Shown here: positions 1-10,628 of the stretch, piece after piece
Position numbering within the stretch: the first letter of the stretch is position 1
How the letters are laid out: every line of letters begins with the position of its first letter
Source: Macrostomum hystrix
Taxonomy: Eukaryota; Animalia; Platyhelminthes
DNA length: 64,000 nucleotides
NCBI GenBank assembly: GCA_950097015.1
Contig: CATNEN010000027.1
Span: forward strand, 372,001-436,000
Reading direction: 5' to 3'
Notes under the pieces: model-generated
The model's input: only the letters and a program-made list of their open reading frames with translations
Databases searched by the model: none
What the model was told of the DNA's origin: nothing
Translations under genes and position numbers: made by a program

Positions 1-817
1 GTGCAGCAAAAAAATTCCCCCTGGTTGTTCTACTGTTAAAAATTATCAATGAAGATGGCTTTTAAAATTGCTGCTGCCGTTGGCCATTGTCCTGTTTACC
101 CAGAGTTTGCAAAAAAAGTCTTTCTTCGACAGCTATAATGTTCTCAATTAATAATTCAGTTTTTGGTTGTAGCTTACTGTTCGATTAGTGGCATTGAAGC
201 AGCAAAACTGCAAAATAGTATTCACCGTTGCTGAGGTTTTTGAGTAAAACAATTGTCTTAAGAATCAAAGCGCATAATTAAAACTATACTGAAATATACA
301 GGTGCCTTCATAAGCTTTGGCATCTTGATCTGTTTTCTCTATATTTGTAGGTATTAATGAAAAAAATTATTAATTTCCTTTGTTCGACTGATTTCCATTG
401 AGTTTGTTAGTTGTGACTACTGTTTCCGGATAATAATGTACAAATAAAAAATTCCGCTGTAATTCGAAATGTTTCTGGTCCATGGACAGTTGCTAGTACC
501 AAGTAGAACTCGGTTTTAGGACCGAAATCAATAGTGTTCTAAAGGAACTTTTATAAAGTAAACCAATAGTATTATTTGTTGGAGTTTCTTCAAGCAAATA
601 CATATAGAAACATTGGGTGTTGTCAGCACACGCTACTTTGTAACTTTCTCCTGTTTTGTAAATAGTTTCTTCTTCTTTTTTGTACTTAATTCAACAAATT
701 TACTATTTATTAAAGCAACAAGTTCATAATCGGCAGATTTTGTTAAAGAAAATAACACCTATTTGCTGGCCCTTGTCTCTTACAGTGACTGGTCCTGCTT
801 AATTCCATGAGTCAGCT

Positions 818-3800
818 ATGGTCACTTTAGACGATTTACGAAAGAAAGGCTGGTTAGTGGCTTATGAATATTACTTTTGTTCTCCGGTTAATTAATCCAT
901 GTTGAACTCTTGGCTAATTGATAATTAATTACCGATGCTTTGCACAGGCACCTTAGCCAAGAGGGTCTTCAATACTGCATCGACAAGCTGGATGGAAAAG
1001 CGACCAATGTGGACAATGTGATCCAGGTGGCTCTCAATGTAAGTCGGTTATTCTTTATTAACAGGTCATTCTTTAGCCTATATTTAGATATTATAGATCT
1101 ATATTTAGAACTCCGTGATGACTCAATAGTAAAATCCTACCGTGCTCGATGCAGACTGACCTGAAGGACATTGGAGACACAGCCCTGCCCACGACTGGCC
1201 GTCTGGACGCCTTCCCGTCTGGCACTGGTGGCTCAAGCTACGTGATGCAGGTGCAACGCGTTCGCAATGTATCAGCGCCCAAGGACAATGAGGATAGTGG
1301 AACTGCTCCTCCTTTGCTTAAGGTAAGTGTAAATTTACTTCTCGCACTACTAATAATCCTTTTAGTAGTACACAAAGAACATTCTCCATGAGAAGTTTTT
1401 TTTTTTCAAAAAAATTTTGGGCAAGATCCTTAGTAGAGAACAGTGACTTTTAAGTCCTTAGCAAGTAGGCAAAAATATAAATGATTGCACCTGCCCCGAT
1501 GGATGTGCTGACATCCGCATTGATTTGCAGCCAACAGCACATCCGCAGCTGAAGGTTGCGTACGGCTGTTCAGTCCATGGACTGGGGGGACGCCACACCC
1601 ACCCTCAATTACCCCAGTGAATTCTGGTACGGCCCTTTTAACAGCTGGGTGAACTGAAGCAATGCAGAGTTGCTTGCTAAATAACACAATGCTACAACCC
1701 CTGTTGCATGCTATAGTGAAAATACTAGATGGCATCCTTATCTCATCCCTTTGATCTACCCTCAATCCTCTCCTCCCCTTGCAATCTCCTCCCTCCTCTC
1801 CCTCACTCCCCTCCGCTCTGCTCATCTTGAAGCGTACTATTAAAACAACGAACTGCAGGTGACACTCACTGACGGCAAGGTGACAGTCATCGGTCTGGAC
1901 GTACACAATCGTCTGGCTGGCCTGCTGTCAACCCGGACTCCGCCAGGCACTAAGGTGGCCCTGGACTGCGCCAAGGCCGTCTTCGCCGAGGGCTACTGGC
2001 TGGCCGACGCCTCCGCCTGCAAACACCTAGGTGGCCGAGTCACCCTGCTAGCCGAGAGCTGGCGCCTCCGCTCCGACCTGCGCTGCGGCGCCGACGGTCG
2101 CGGACGTCGCCGAGAAGTCGGCGGCGGCGCGCCCTCATTTGTGCCGTTCGGCTCGGCTAAAGCCGCGCCTGTGGCTGTTGTGGCCAACTTCAAATCCATG
2201 TCAACTGTTGGCGTTGTCGGCAACGGGGGTAACGACGCTGCCGGGGTCGATGGCGAAGCCGACGCTGATGGCGACGACGGTGGTGAGTTCGCCGAGCAGC
2301 GTCGCGCCATGATTGATGAGGCGCGCCAGCAGCAGAAAAGGGCGTTCGCCACAGCCAGTCACAACCAGCAGCGACCGCAGCCGCCTAAAAAGCAGCAGCC
2401 GCAGCAGCAGAATCGGCAGGAAGGCGATGACAAGTTCGATGAGCGCTCGGTTGACACCATCATGGGCATGGGCTACAGCTTCACTGAGGCCCTGACCGCT
2501 CTGCGGCACACCCACGGCGATCTCGGCAAAGCCGTTGACCACATCCTGGCGAGCCAGACTGCCGCCTCGGCCAAGCTGCGCGATCCGGACCGCGAGGACC
2601 GTGGACCCGCCTTCGCCGGCGCCGACGGGTCTATGGCGAAGCCTTTAGCCAAGCTGAGCCTATTTGACTTTGTCCAGGGCTTGCCAATCGCAATGGACGT
2701 TGAAGCGTCGACGAGTCAACAGCGCGCTGGCCAGGGGGGACCGCCGGATCAAAGAGGCCATTATCATAATCAGCGATATCAGCGAGGCAATCTGCCGAAT
2801 CAACGAGGGCCACCTTTCAATCGGCAGGGCAGGTCAGATGAGCTGGACTCACACTGGCCCCCAACTAGTCAGCGCAATCAGAGAGGCGATCAAGATCAAA
2901 GAGGACCGCCGCCTTATCAGCGCAATCAAAGAGGTGACCAAGATCAAAGAGGACCACCGCCTAATGAGCGCAATCAGAGAGACGACCAAGATCAAAGAGC
3001 ACCGCCGCCTAATCAGCGCAATCAAAGATGTGACCAAGATCAAAGAGCACCGCCGACTAATCAGCGCAATCAAAGAGGTGACCAAGATCAAAGAGGACCG
3101 CCGCCTAATCAGCGCAATCAGAGAGGTGACCAGGATCAAAGAGCACCGCCGCCGAATCAGCGCAGTCAAAGAGGTGACCAAGATCAGAGAGCACCGCCGC
3201 CTAATCAGCGCAATCAAAGAGGTGACCAAGATCAGAGAGCACCGCCGCCGAATCAGCGCAATCAAAGAGGCGACCAAGATCAAAGAGGACCGCCGCCTAA
3301 TGAGCGCAATCAGAGAGACGACCAAGATCAAAGAGCACCGCCGCCTAATCAGCGCAATCAAAGAGGTGACCAAGATCAAAGAGGACCGCCGCCTAATGAG
3401 CGCAATCAAAGAGGTGACCAGGATCAAAGAGCACCGCCGCCGAATCAGCGCAATCAAAGAGGTGACCAAGATCAGAGAGCACCGCCGCCGAATCAGCGCA
3501 ATCAAAGAGGTGACCAAGATCAGAGAGCACCGCCGCCGAATCAGCGCAATCAAACGGGTGATCAAATGGGACCGCCGCCCAATCAGGGAGCAGAGCGGCA
3601 TCAAAAAGTGTCAGCATTTCGGGCACCGCCTCAGCCGTCCTGGTTTCCGATGGAGAATGAGTTCTGCATGGCTCGCTACAGTGACGGTCAGTACTACAAG
3701 GCCATTGTAACTAAACTGCAGCCGCCCGAGCGAGTACTAATTCACTGGTGCGACTACAATGAAAACCAGAGTGTGCTCATGAAAGACCTGACGCCAGTCC

Positions 3801-3940
3801 GGTTTGATCAACCGCCACTGATGCCACCAACCAATGTGCCACCTCCGTCATTTCCGATGATGCCGCAGCAGCAGCGGCCCGGCTCGGAAGTGTTTCGGCG
3901 GGACTTCTACGGCCGCAACGCTCACGGCTATCACGGCTAG
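818..3940 (+). CDS. TDRD3: Tudor domain-containing protein 3 (OB-fold, UBA, low-complexity repeat, Tudor); exons 818-852, 948-1038, 1155-1322, 1859-3940 (791 aa)
   Basis: GT-AG exons join in frame: MVTLDDLRKKGW|HLSQEG...VALN|TDLKDIG...QVQRVRNVSAPKDNEDS...LLK|VTLTDG...TPPGTKV...GGAPSFVPFG. This matches the TDRD3 N-terminus (GWYLSDEG, TDLRTIG, QKIRNVAAPKDNEES, TPPGTKV, GGPPPFVPFG). Also a UBA domain (FDERSVDTIMGMGY...KAVDHIL), the SLFDF motif and a C-terminal Tudor (CMARYSDGQYYKAIV...HWCDYNE). Confidence 0.93.
1478..1690 (-). mobile_element. tRNA-derived SINE, headless copy in TDRD3 intron 3
   Basis: Shares CAGTCCATGGACTG, CCACACCCACCCTCAATTACCCCAG, CAGCTGGGTGAACTGAAGCAATGCAGAGTT and the GGGGCAGGTG 3' end with copies at 7515-7800 and 62341-62627. 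Confidence 0.85.
2870..3582 (+). repeat. Coding 48-bp tandem repeat in TDRD3, 14 copies plus a partial, unit QRNQRGDQDQR(A/G)PPPN
   Basis: Read directly in the DNA and in the translated ORF 1859-3940. Confidence 0.95.
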
Positions 3941-4584
3941 CGAGTTATGACTGCTTTCTTCCGCGTTGAAACTGAGCTAATAATTATGTTATCTTGACCG
4001 ATTTATGGGTCCTCCTATAGACATCAACTAGCTCAAACCTGTACTTTCCGGCTTCGGGTTCAGTTACTTAATTACTTAATTACTTAATACACAATACGCT
4101 ATGGTATCCAAATATACTGAGCTGCATTGCGTTGTTGATTGTTGAAGAACTAAGTTGTTCAATTTCAAATATCGAATTTGTGTTTTGGGTCTTTGTCTTT
4201 TCATGCAGGCATACTTGCGTTAAATGAGTTTTAGCAATCAGATACATTCGTATAGATGGTGAGTGGCACCAAGGTCCCCGAGATCGGCCTCTGTCGTGCA
4301 ATTTGCGCTCTTGATGGTAAGAGTTTGGCGATAAAATGGCATATGTACACCTCTGCGTGAGTTGTGTACCTGCGTACACGTATCTGTGTGCGCGTAGTGT
4401 GTGACAGTGCCGACAACCGTCCTGCAAAAATTCTCAGAGTTGGGTGTGCGCGATTATATAATCAATGAGATCAGTCGGGGTAATCTTGGATTGCTATCTC
4501 CCTGTATATTTTTATATAAAGAATCCAGAGAGCACAAAGGTATTGTGCTTATGTGAGCGCAGTGAACACAACAGACACTCGCAC

Positions 4585-5003
4585 TGTACAGTCGGCTTCC
4601 GCAAGGCTGCAGGCGACGGTCAGCCGGAGCGGCGCGCTGTCTCCGTAGCCCGGCATCGGCGGCGGCGACTCCGACGGCAGCCGGCGGGCGGTCAGTTCAG
4701 CAAGCAGGGCCGCCGTCTCTGGTCGTAGGACGCCCGGGAAAGCGGCACGAAAGTCGGCCACGGCGGCGCCGATGTCGTTCGCGTCAGCTCGGATTCCGAC
4801 TCGATTAGCTGTAACCAAACGGAGGCCGCCGCCGCCGTCGCTATTCAAGAAACCGGCGGTGCTGAAGCCGCCAGTCAGGTTCGGACTGGGTGGTTGGCCC
4901 TCCAGCTCGCGCATTCGATGCAGCGACTGCAGACCGGCCGGATCCAGCGACTGCGACACTTCCAGAGACTGGCCGAGCCATAGGCGCTTGGCCGGCTCGT
5001 GCA
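4585..5003 (-). CDS. Probable additional coding exon (about 140 aa), candidate C-terminal extension of the DNase I gene
   Basis: GC-rich open frame with coding-like third positions (HEPAKRLWLGQSLEVSQ...ADFRAAFPGVLRP...LRLTVACSLAEADCT). It follows a CCCCAG acceptor in phase 1, matching the phase-1 donor at 5651. Homology not recognised. Confidence 0.45.
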
Positions 5004-5650
5004 CTGGGGATTATCGATTGCCGGATGCAGTTACTTCGACAGTAGAAATACCGCGCTATTTTTCCCCCTAGGGAAAGACCACGGGGATATTTATCTCCGT
5101 TGTTTTTATCCCCTGTCCACTTCACGATAGCTCCTAAGCCAAATAACCGATTTTCGTGAAAGTCCACCACACATATCAAAATTTTCCGCCCTTCACGTAC
5201 GATAAACTAACTTTCAAAGCTACCCCGACGTCAGCATCGTCGACATATTCAAAGATTCTCGTCGAAGACCCTGGTGACAAGGACAACTAACATTGCCCTC
5301 TATAAAACTCTGGCGAATCCACATTAGTTAAAAAATAAAATATTAACAATATTTGTAAATATAATATAGTCAACAATAATATCCGACGTAATAGGGAAAT
5401 CAAAAATGTGGGTATTTAAAATACTTCTGCTGTTAAGGCAGCTAGAAAAGTCATTAAAGCGGCTACGAATATCTTTCTAAGATATTCCGTTGATATGAAC
5501 TGATTCACAATCAACTACGAGCCCTCGTAATCAGCCGACTGTACTTCACGCTTCTCTGACCTAATGCAGCTTCAGAACACTTTAGAGTCCATCACATTTA
5601 ATAAACTGGACAAAATTGAAGGTTATCAACACGAACAATACAATTCTCAC

Positions 5651-8600
5651 TCTGGCCTGTGATGAGCAGCTCAATTGGATAATGATCGCTCACTTCCTCG
5701 GCCTGGAAGTTGGGTTATTGGGTCATTGCAGTGCTTTTCTCAGCTAATACGGCAGTAACGTATATTTAGCAGATATCCACAGCTCACCACTGTGCTGTTA
5801 AGCTTGAAGGCGCTGTCAAAGCGAAACACGCTGGCGGATGCAGCATCTATGGCAGACATGAGGCCTGGTCCCGCGGCCAGCATGTGGTCATATAGGCAGG
5901 AGGTTCGCAGCATCGTGGTCTCCATGCAGGCTGTGATGAACCAGGTTAAGTTACTGTCGCGCACTAGCTGCAGGTTGGTCTTCTGTTGCCGACTGAGATA
6001 AGTGCAGTCGGCGTTGAAGTCGCCAACAATGAGAACATTCTGTGAAAGATTGTTAATAAATTGCCTATAACACCCACAATGGAAAATAATCGGTTTCCAA
6101 AGAGCTTCGGACTCGTGACTTTAAGGTCGGAGTTCAATTCTTGACTAAAACATAAAACAATTTATGTCCTCCAGCATTATATAGCTGGGGTTATTGAGGG
6201 TGGGAATGGCGTTGTCCATGGACAGGACTGAAGAGCGTACGTTGGCTCCAGATGTGCCGCGCAATAGCTGCGGCTGTGCTGTCTTATAAATTCGCAAAGC
6301 TTTTGCCGCCGTTAGAACAGTTTATTCTCATCCTTTAAACTTCACGTTTCAAATTGCAAAACTTGCATTAAAGTTGCCTTCATTCTTGCTTTATCTACGA
6401 GTAATTCGACTTCACTAAACTACCCAAGAAATCAAATTAAACTTTCCAATTCTAGGGAAAGACAAGAAAAGTAAACGAGCTAGAATGAGATCAAATAGAG
6501 AAATATTTCTATGGCCGAGAGGATTATACATGAGTTGCCTGTTACCTGGCTGATGGTCGACTACCGCCAAATGACGTAGTCATTGCCCATATCAAATACC
6601 ATCATCACGATACTATCCTGTCAAGCATGAAGCAGGGCCCATTAGACTGACCTCATTTTGCCAGGCGGCTCTGGCTGCCAGCTGAACCGAGTGCAGAGCC
6701 TGAAGCTCGTTGAAGACGTCTCGTGGCGATGAGTGCAGACCGAGGACGCCGAAGGTTGTCATCTTGACTTGGATAATTCAGGGAGAGGACTTTGTTATTT
6801 TATCTATTTGGTTGCCATGGAAATGCACTGAATGCATGCATTTATCTATCGCGCTACTCACGCGCTCCCCGCACGTGAAACAGGGCGCCAAACGGTGGCC
6901 GCTCGAAGCGGTCCTGCGGATCATCGTACTGATAGGTGCCGGCCAGAGTGAAGATGGACTCCCTGCGGAGGGGGGAACAGATTCTGGGTCAGCTGAATCG
7001 ACAGAATTTCCTACTCGCCAAATAACACACCAGTGCTTACAGTCTCATGAAATTCTGTCTAATTCTTTCGGAATCGTTACTACGAGTAACATAAATATTA
7101 CTTGCAGGAGGGCTGCGGGTTACGGCACATCATTTGGTGAAAGTATAGAGCCGCAGCTAGCGAGGAGGCAAATTCTACTTCAGTAGTATACACAATCCAC
7201 AGACCCACACAAACGCACACAGGTGTGTACATATGCCCTTACTCAGGGCAGAGTATACTTTCTTTTATTGTGTCTTGGAGGTTGGCCATCAAGGGCGTAA
7301 ATTGTACGACCAACCCCAGATGAATGTGGCCTCGTCGAGAATCGAGCTCAGGGACCTTGGTGCGAGAGGCAAACGCCTTAGACCGCTCTGCCACCGACCC
7401 GGACCAACCCCTTCGGCATTGTTTGTCCGTATCCCATTGTTTCAGACAACTCATACCTGTTCTATGTTCTATTATTACCTCATATTACAACCTATTTCAA
7501 ATAAGAGGTTGTACGAGCGTAGCCTAGTGGTTAGGGTGTCGGACTCACAACTTGAAGGTCGGGGGTTCGATTCCCGACTCCACTGAAACAATTTGTGTCC
7601 TTTAGCAAGGCCCTTAACTCTGCATTGCTTCAGTTCACCCAGCTTTTAAATGGGTACCAGCATTAGCTGGGATTATTGAAGGTGGGTGTGGCGTCCTCCC
7701 AGTCCATGGACTGTACGCAGCCTTCAGATGCGCCGCGCAATAGCTGCGGCTGTGCTGTCGGCTGCACATGTGGCCCGAATGGGGCAGGTGTAATAAATTC
7801 TAATTACTAGTTATTATCACTTTTCTATGGAATTGTGTCGCTTGAGCCTTTCCTGTCCTATCAGGTAAGTAAATGTATTCCAAGTTCCAGTTGATTTTTT
7901 CTCTGTCACCAGTCCGTGAAATCTAAGAGTATACTAAATGCACTTTAAGTGAGGATTCACCTGTAGAAAAAGGCGTACTGCTCTTTTGAGCTCGTGCGGC
8001 CTAGCCGGTCGCTGATGGCCATTGCGTAACGATTCGCCGCGCCAACTCTGTGGTTGAGCTGATCCAGGAGGCTGACTATCGCCCGGCCTGTGGCATCCCG
8101 GATCTCCATGATGAACACCAGATCGTAGCGTTCCAGCGTCTGCGGGTTGGGCCAGACATGGAATCCGACATGCGGAGACTTTCGAACTCAACAACACGGG
8201 CCAACTTTTTGTTGCGCGTCTTTTGAAACAAGAATCATGTCACCATGCAGCTCTTCAGACCGTCGAGATATTCAATGGTTCTGACCGAAGGTCACATTTT
8301 TCTCATAAGCGCTAGTGCATTTCCTGCACCCCTATACACGAATTAGCACTGCGCCTCAGTGCGGCCTTGCCAGGCCTTTAAACTTTATCAGCATGTCACC
8401 CGAATGTGCCTGCATCATCTCCGTCTTCGGTGGTCACCTAACTTTATCTAAACGGACTGCTAGACCGTAAAGGGCTACAACAGGTGGAACTAGGCCACTA
8501 TCGACACCGTGACGCGAATTTCTTCAATTTCACTGATCAAGCCAAAATATTCGGCGCAGCTCAACCACAGGACACTCGTCTAGTCTGCCAACCAATCAGT

Positions 8601-9024
8601 CACCACCCAATGCTGTTAGTATTCGGGCGCTACCAAAAACATTTTCAGGGGGAACAAAGCGGGGAACAGGGAAAAGGGAAAAGGGAAAACTTGGTATAAA
8701 AACGGGTGGCAAAATGGCTTGGTAGTCCTGTTCAGTTTTTTAGACACTAAGGAGGACAAAACCTTCTCAGGAGACTCAAACCTTCAGCAGCACTTGCACA
8801 ACATGCGGCTTAGACATTTTCGTGACTCCGAACACTTGAATGTTAAACGATCCGAAACGGATTGGAGGCAGTCCTAGTTCTGGCAGTGCCTGCTTTGTGG
8901 ACTTTGAACAGCCAGCAGCAGCAGCGTCCCTAGCAACGGCGGCGAAAGCGAAAGAAGCTAAAACTGCGCATGCCGTTAGCAACCAAAGAGTGACTGACGC
9001 GACACGTAGCACGCGTAGTTCCAT
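5651..9024 (-). CDS. DNASE1: Secreted deoxyribonuclease I-family endonuclease; exons 9024-8782, 8139-7961, 6962-6862, 6767-6652, 6039-5788, 5702-5651; 3' end unresolved
   Basis: Signal peptide, then FGSFNIQVFGVTKMSK|TLERYDLVFIMEIRD...LGRTSSKEQYAFFYR|...YDDPQDRFERPPF...|FGVLGLHSSP...|NVLIVGDFNADCTY...TSCLYDH...|AEEVSDHYPIE. All splice phases are compatible. Equivalents of catalytic E39, E78, H134, D168, D212 and H252 are present. The symbol denotes the family, not proven orthology. Confidence 0.93.
6100..6290 (+). mobile_element. Degenerate, internally deleted copy of the tRNA-derived SINE (DNase intron)
   Basis: Decayed head (TCGGACTCGTGACTTTAAGGTCGGAGTTCAATTC) plus body CCAGCATT...TAGCTGGGGTTATTGAGGGTGGG...CAGATGTGCCGCGCAATAGCTGCGGCTGTGCTGTC shared with 7515-7800. 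Confidence 0.75.
7255..7400 (-). mobile_element. Second tRNA-like (Ser/Leu-type A box) head, probable SINE or tRNA pseudogene
   Basis: Minus strand reads GGGTCGGTGGCAGAGCGGTCTAAGGCG...GAGCTCGATTCTCGACGAGGCCAC: intact-looking A box and a mutated B box. Confidence 0.55.
7515..7800 (+). mobile_element. Full-length tRNA-derived SINE (about 285 bp) in a DNase I intron
   Basis: A box TAGCCTAGTGG and B box GGTTCGATTCC, followed by a non-tRNA body GTGTCCTTTAGCAAGGCCCTTAACTC...CACCCAGCTTTTAAATGGGTACC and a GGGGCAGGTG+AT-rich tail. Four related copies are in the window. Confidence 0.88.
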
Positions 9025-9764
9025 GATGGCGACGTCTAATTAACTCTAGTTCCTCTTTAGACGGAAAAAGGGGCCTAAAGTCGCTACATGAATGTGCGGT
9101 ATATAAATAATCTCTATTCACTGGTGGCCCCTGTTTTATTCACCGCATCTATAAATTCTTTCGTGTAATTTTGTATTTCATTTAAGCCTCAATGTGTGCT
9201 TATCTGTGCATGTGCGCGTGTGAACTGAACCAGATGACGAGTGTCCTATCACGCCTCCTCTGTGCAAAATAGCAGTCCCATTGTCTGGGAGAAGAGATAA
9301 ATTAAGGCAATACAATTGCCGCCCTTAATATTTCCCTAAATGACACACATTTATCTAAAAAACTAATTTCAATGCGATTGCTCCTACTGAAACCAAAAGA
9401 TTAGAATTTACATGCAAGATTGTTAAGGCATACTGAAGATTGACTGTAGCATCACGATTTCGTGGTTTTGTGCTTAACTTTAGTAACTATTGGCGGCTCA
9501 GGCTTAGACGGATAGGCTTCGTTAAGTACACCTACCACAGTGGAGGTATTTCACATACCCCATTTTTTCTTTTTTTCTGTATCTCCCAAAATATTTAACC
9601 AATCGCCATGAAAATACAGAACACGGGCCAAACTATTGCGCTCTATCCGATGAAACAACTTCCAGAATCACAAAACATCGGTATCGTAGAGATATTCAAC
9701 GATTCTCGTCGAGGTTTCTGGTGGCAATAAGCCACAAAAACATGCAAAATTGTTCTCACAATTT

Positions 9765-9980
9765 CAGCCATTACACCCACTTGATACTCAGGCGAGTCAG
9801 CCAGTACAACCACTTGATACTCAGGCGAGTCAGCCAGTACAACCACTTGATACTCAGGCGTCAGCCAGTACAACCACTTGATACTCAGGCGTCAGCCATT
9901 ACACCCACTTGATACTCAGGCGTCAGCCATTACACCCACTCGATACTCAGGCGTCAGCAGTACAATCACTTGATACTCCG
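9765..9980. repeat. Minisatellite, 30-33-bp unit (CCACTTGATACTCAGGCG(A)GTCAGCCA...), about 7 copies
   Basis: Direct inspection. Confidence 0.9.
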
Positions 9981-10628
9981 GCAACGAGACGATTCACTGG
10001 CAGAAATAAAATAATTTAAGCATAAAGTTCAAATTAATGTTTTCAGTTTTTGATTAGCAACATTTCTTTGCGAAATAACAAAAGGCTTCCTATCTATACT
10101 CATATTCATGTAATTTCATATTTCATTGGTCAATATTCTACCAAAAAGGATTTTTTACTAACATGCACAAAAATAAAAATAGATAAATAAAGAAATTAAA
10201 GTTTAAAACACATTTAAAAGCATAAAATTAAGAGTGGCGTGGCAGGCACAGCAGTCAGTTCATATTACTCTCTAATTATAAGCATACGCTCGTACGTTTC
10301 AAAATTATGTATAGACGACAGCCTTCTAATAACTTCTTAAAAGTAAAACACTCGATAATTGAAAATATGTTCAAATGGCTACCTAAAAGCATATCAATTT
10401 AACAGAAACACAACTACCTGCTATGTCAGTGTCAAATATGGCTCGTAGATTCGTTCTCATTACAGAAATTCTCATTTGATCTGCGACAGAAACATAGGAT
10501 ATTATCGTCTGGGTTCTTCAGGAGTCGTTTTAAGTACTCAATGGAAGAAATTTTGTTATTTGATACAGTACGAAAATGGCAAACTTTGTTGTGAGTTAAC
10601 TAGCTAGATGGTGTAGATAATTAAAGTA

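Noticed and set aside
3-137. Open frame AAKKFPLVVLLLKIINEDGFKIAAAVGHCPVYPEFAKKVFLRQL* at the left edge
   Set aside because: Short, AT-rich and truncated with no recognisable homology; cannot be supported from this window.
2664-3710. Alternative-frame and antisense ORFs over the TDRD3 repeat (2664-3710, 2849-3604), and the shadow ORFs over stomatin and Dscam exons
   Set aside because: They are by-products of GC-rich or repetitive coding sequence; the homologous frame is clearly a different one.
7515-7590. Functional tRNA-Val(CAC) gene (also 62560-62627)
   Set aside because: Anticodon and acceptor stems pair poorly, and the head continues into a repeated non-tRNA body, so it is a SINE head.
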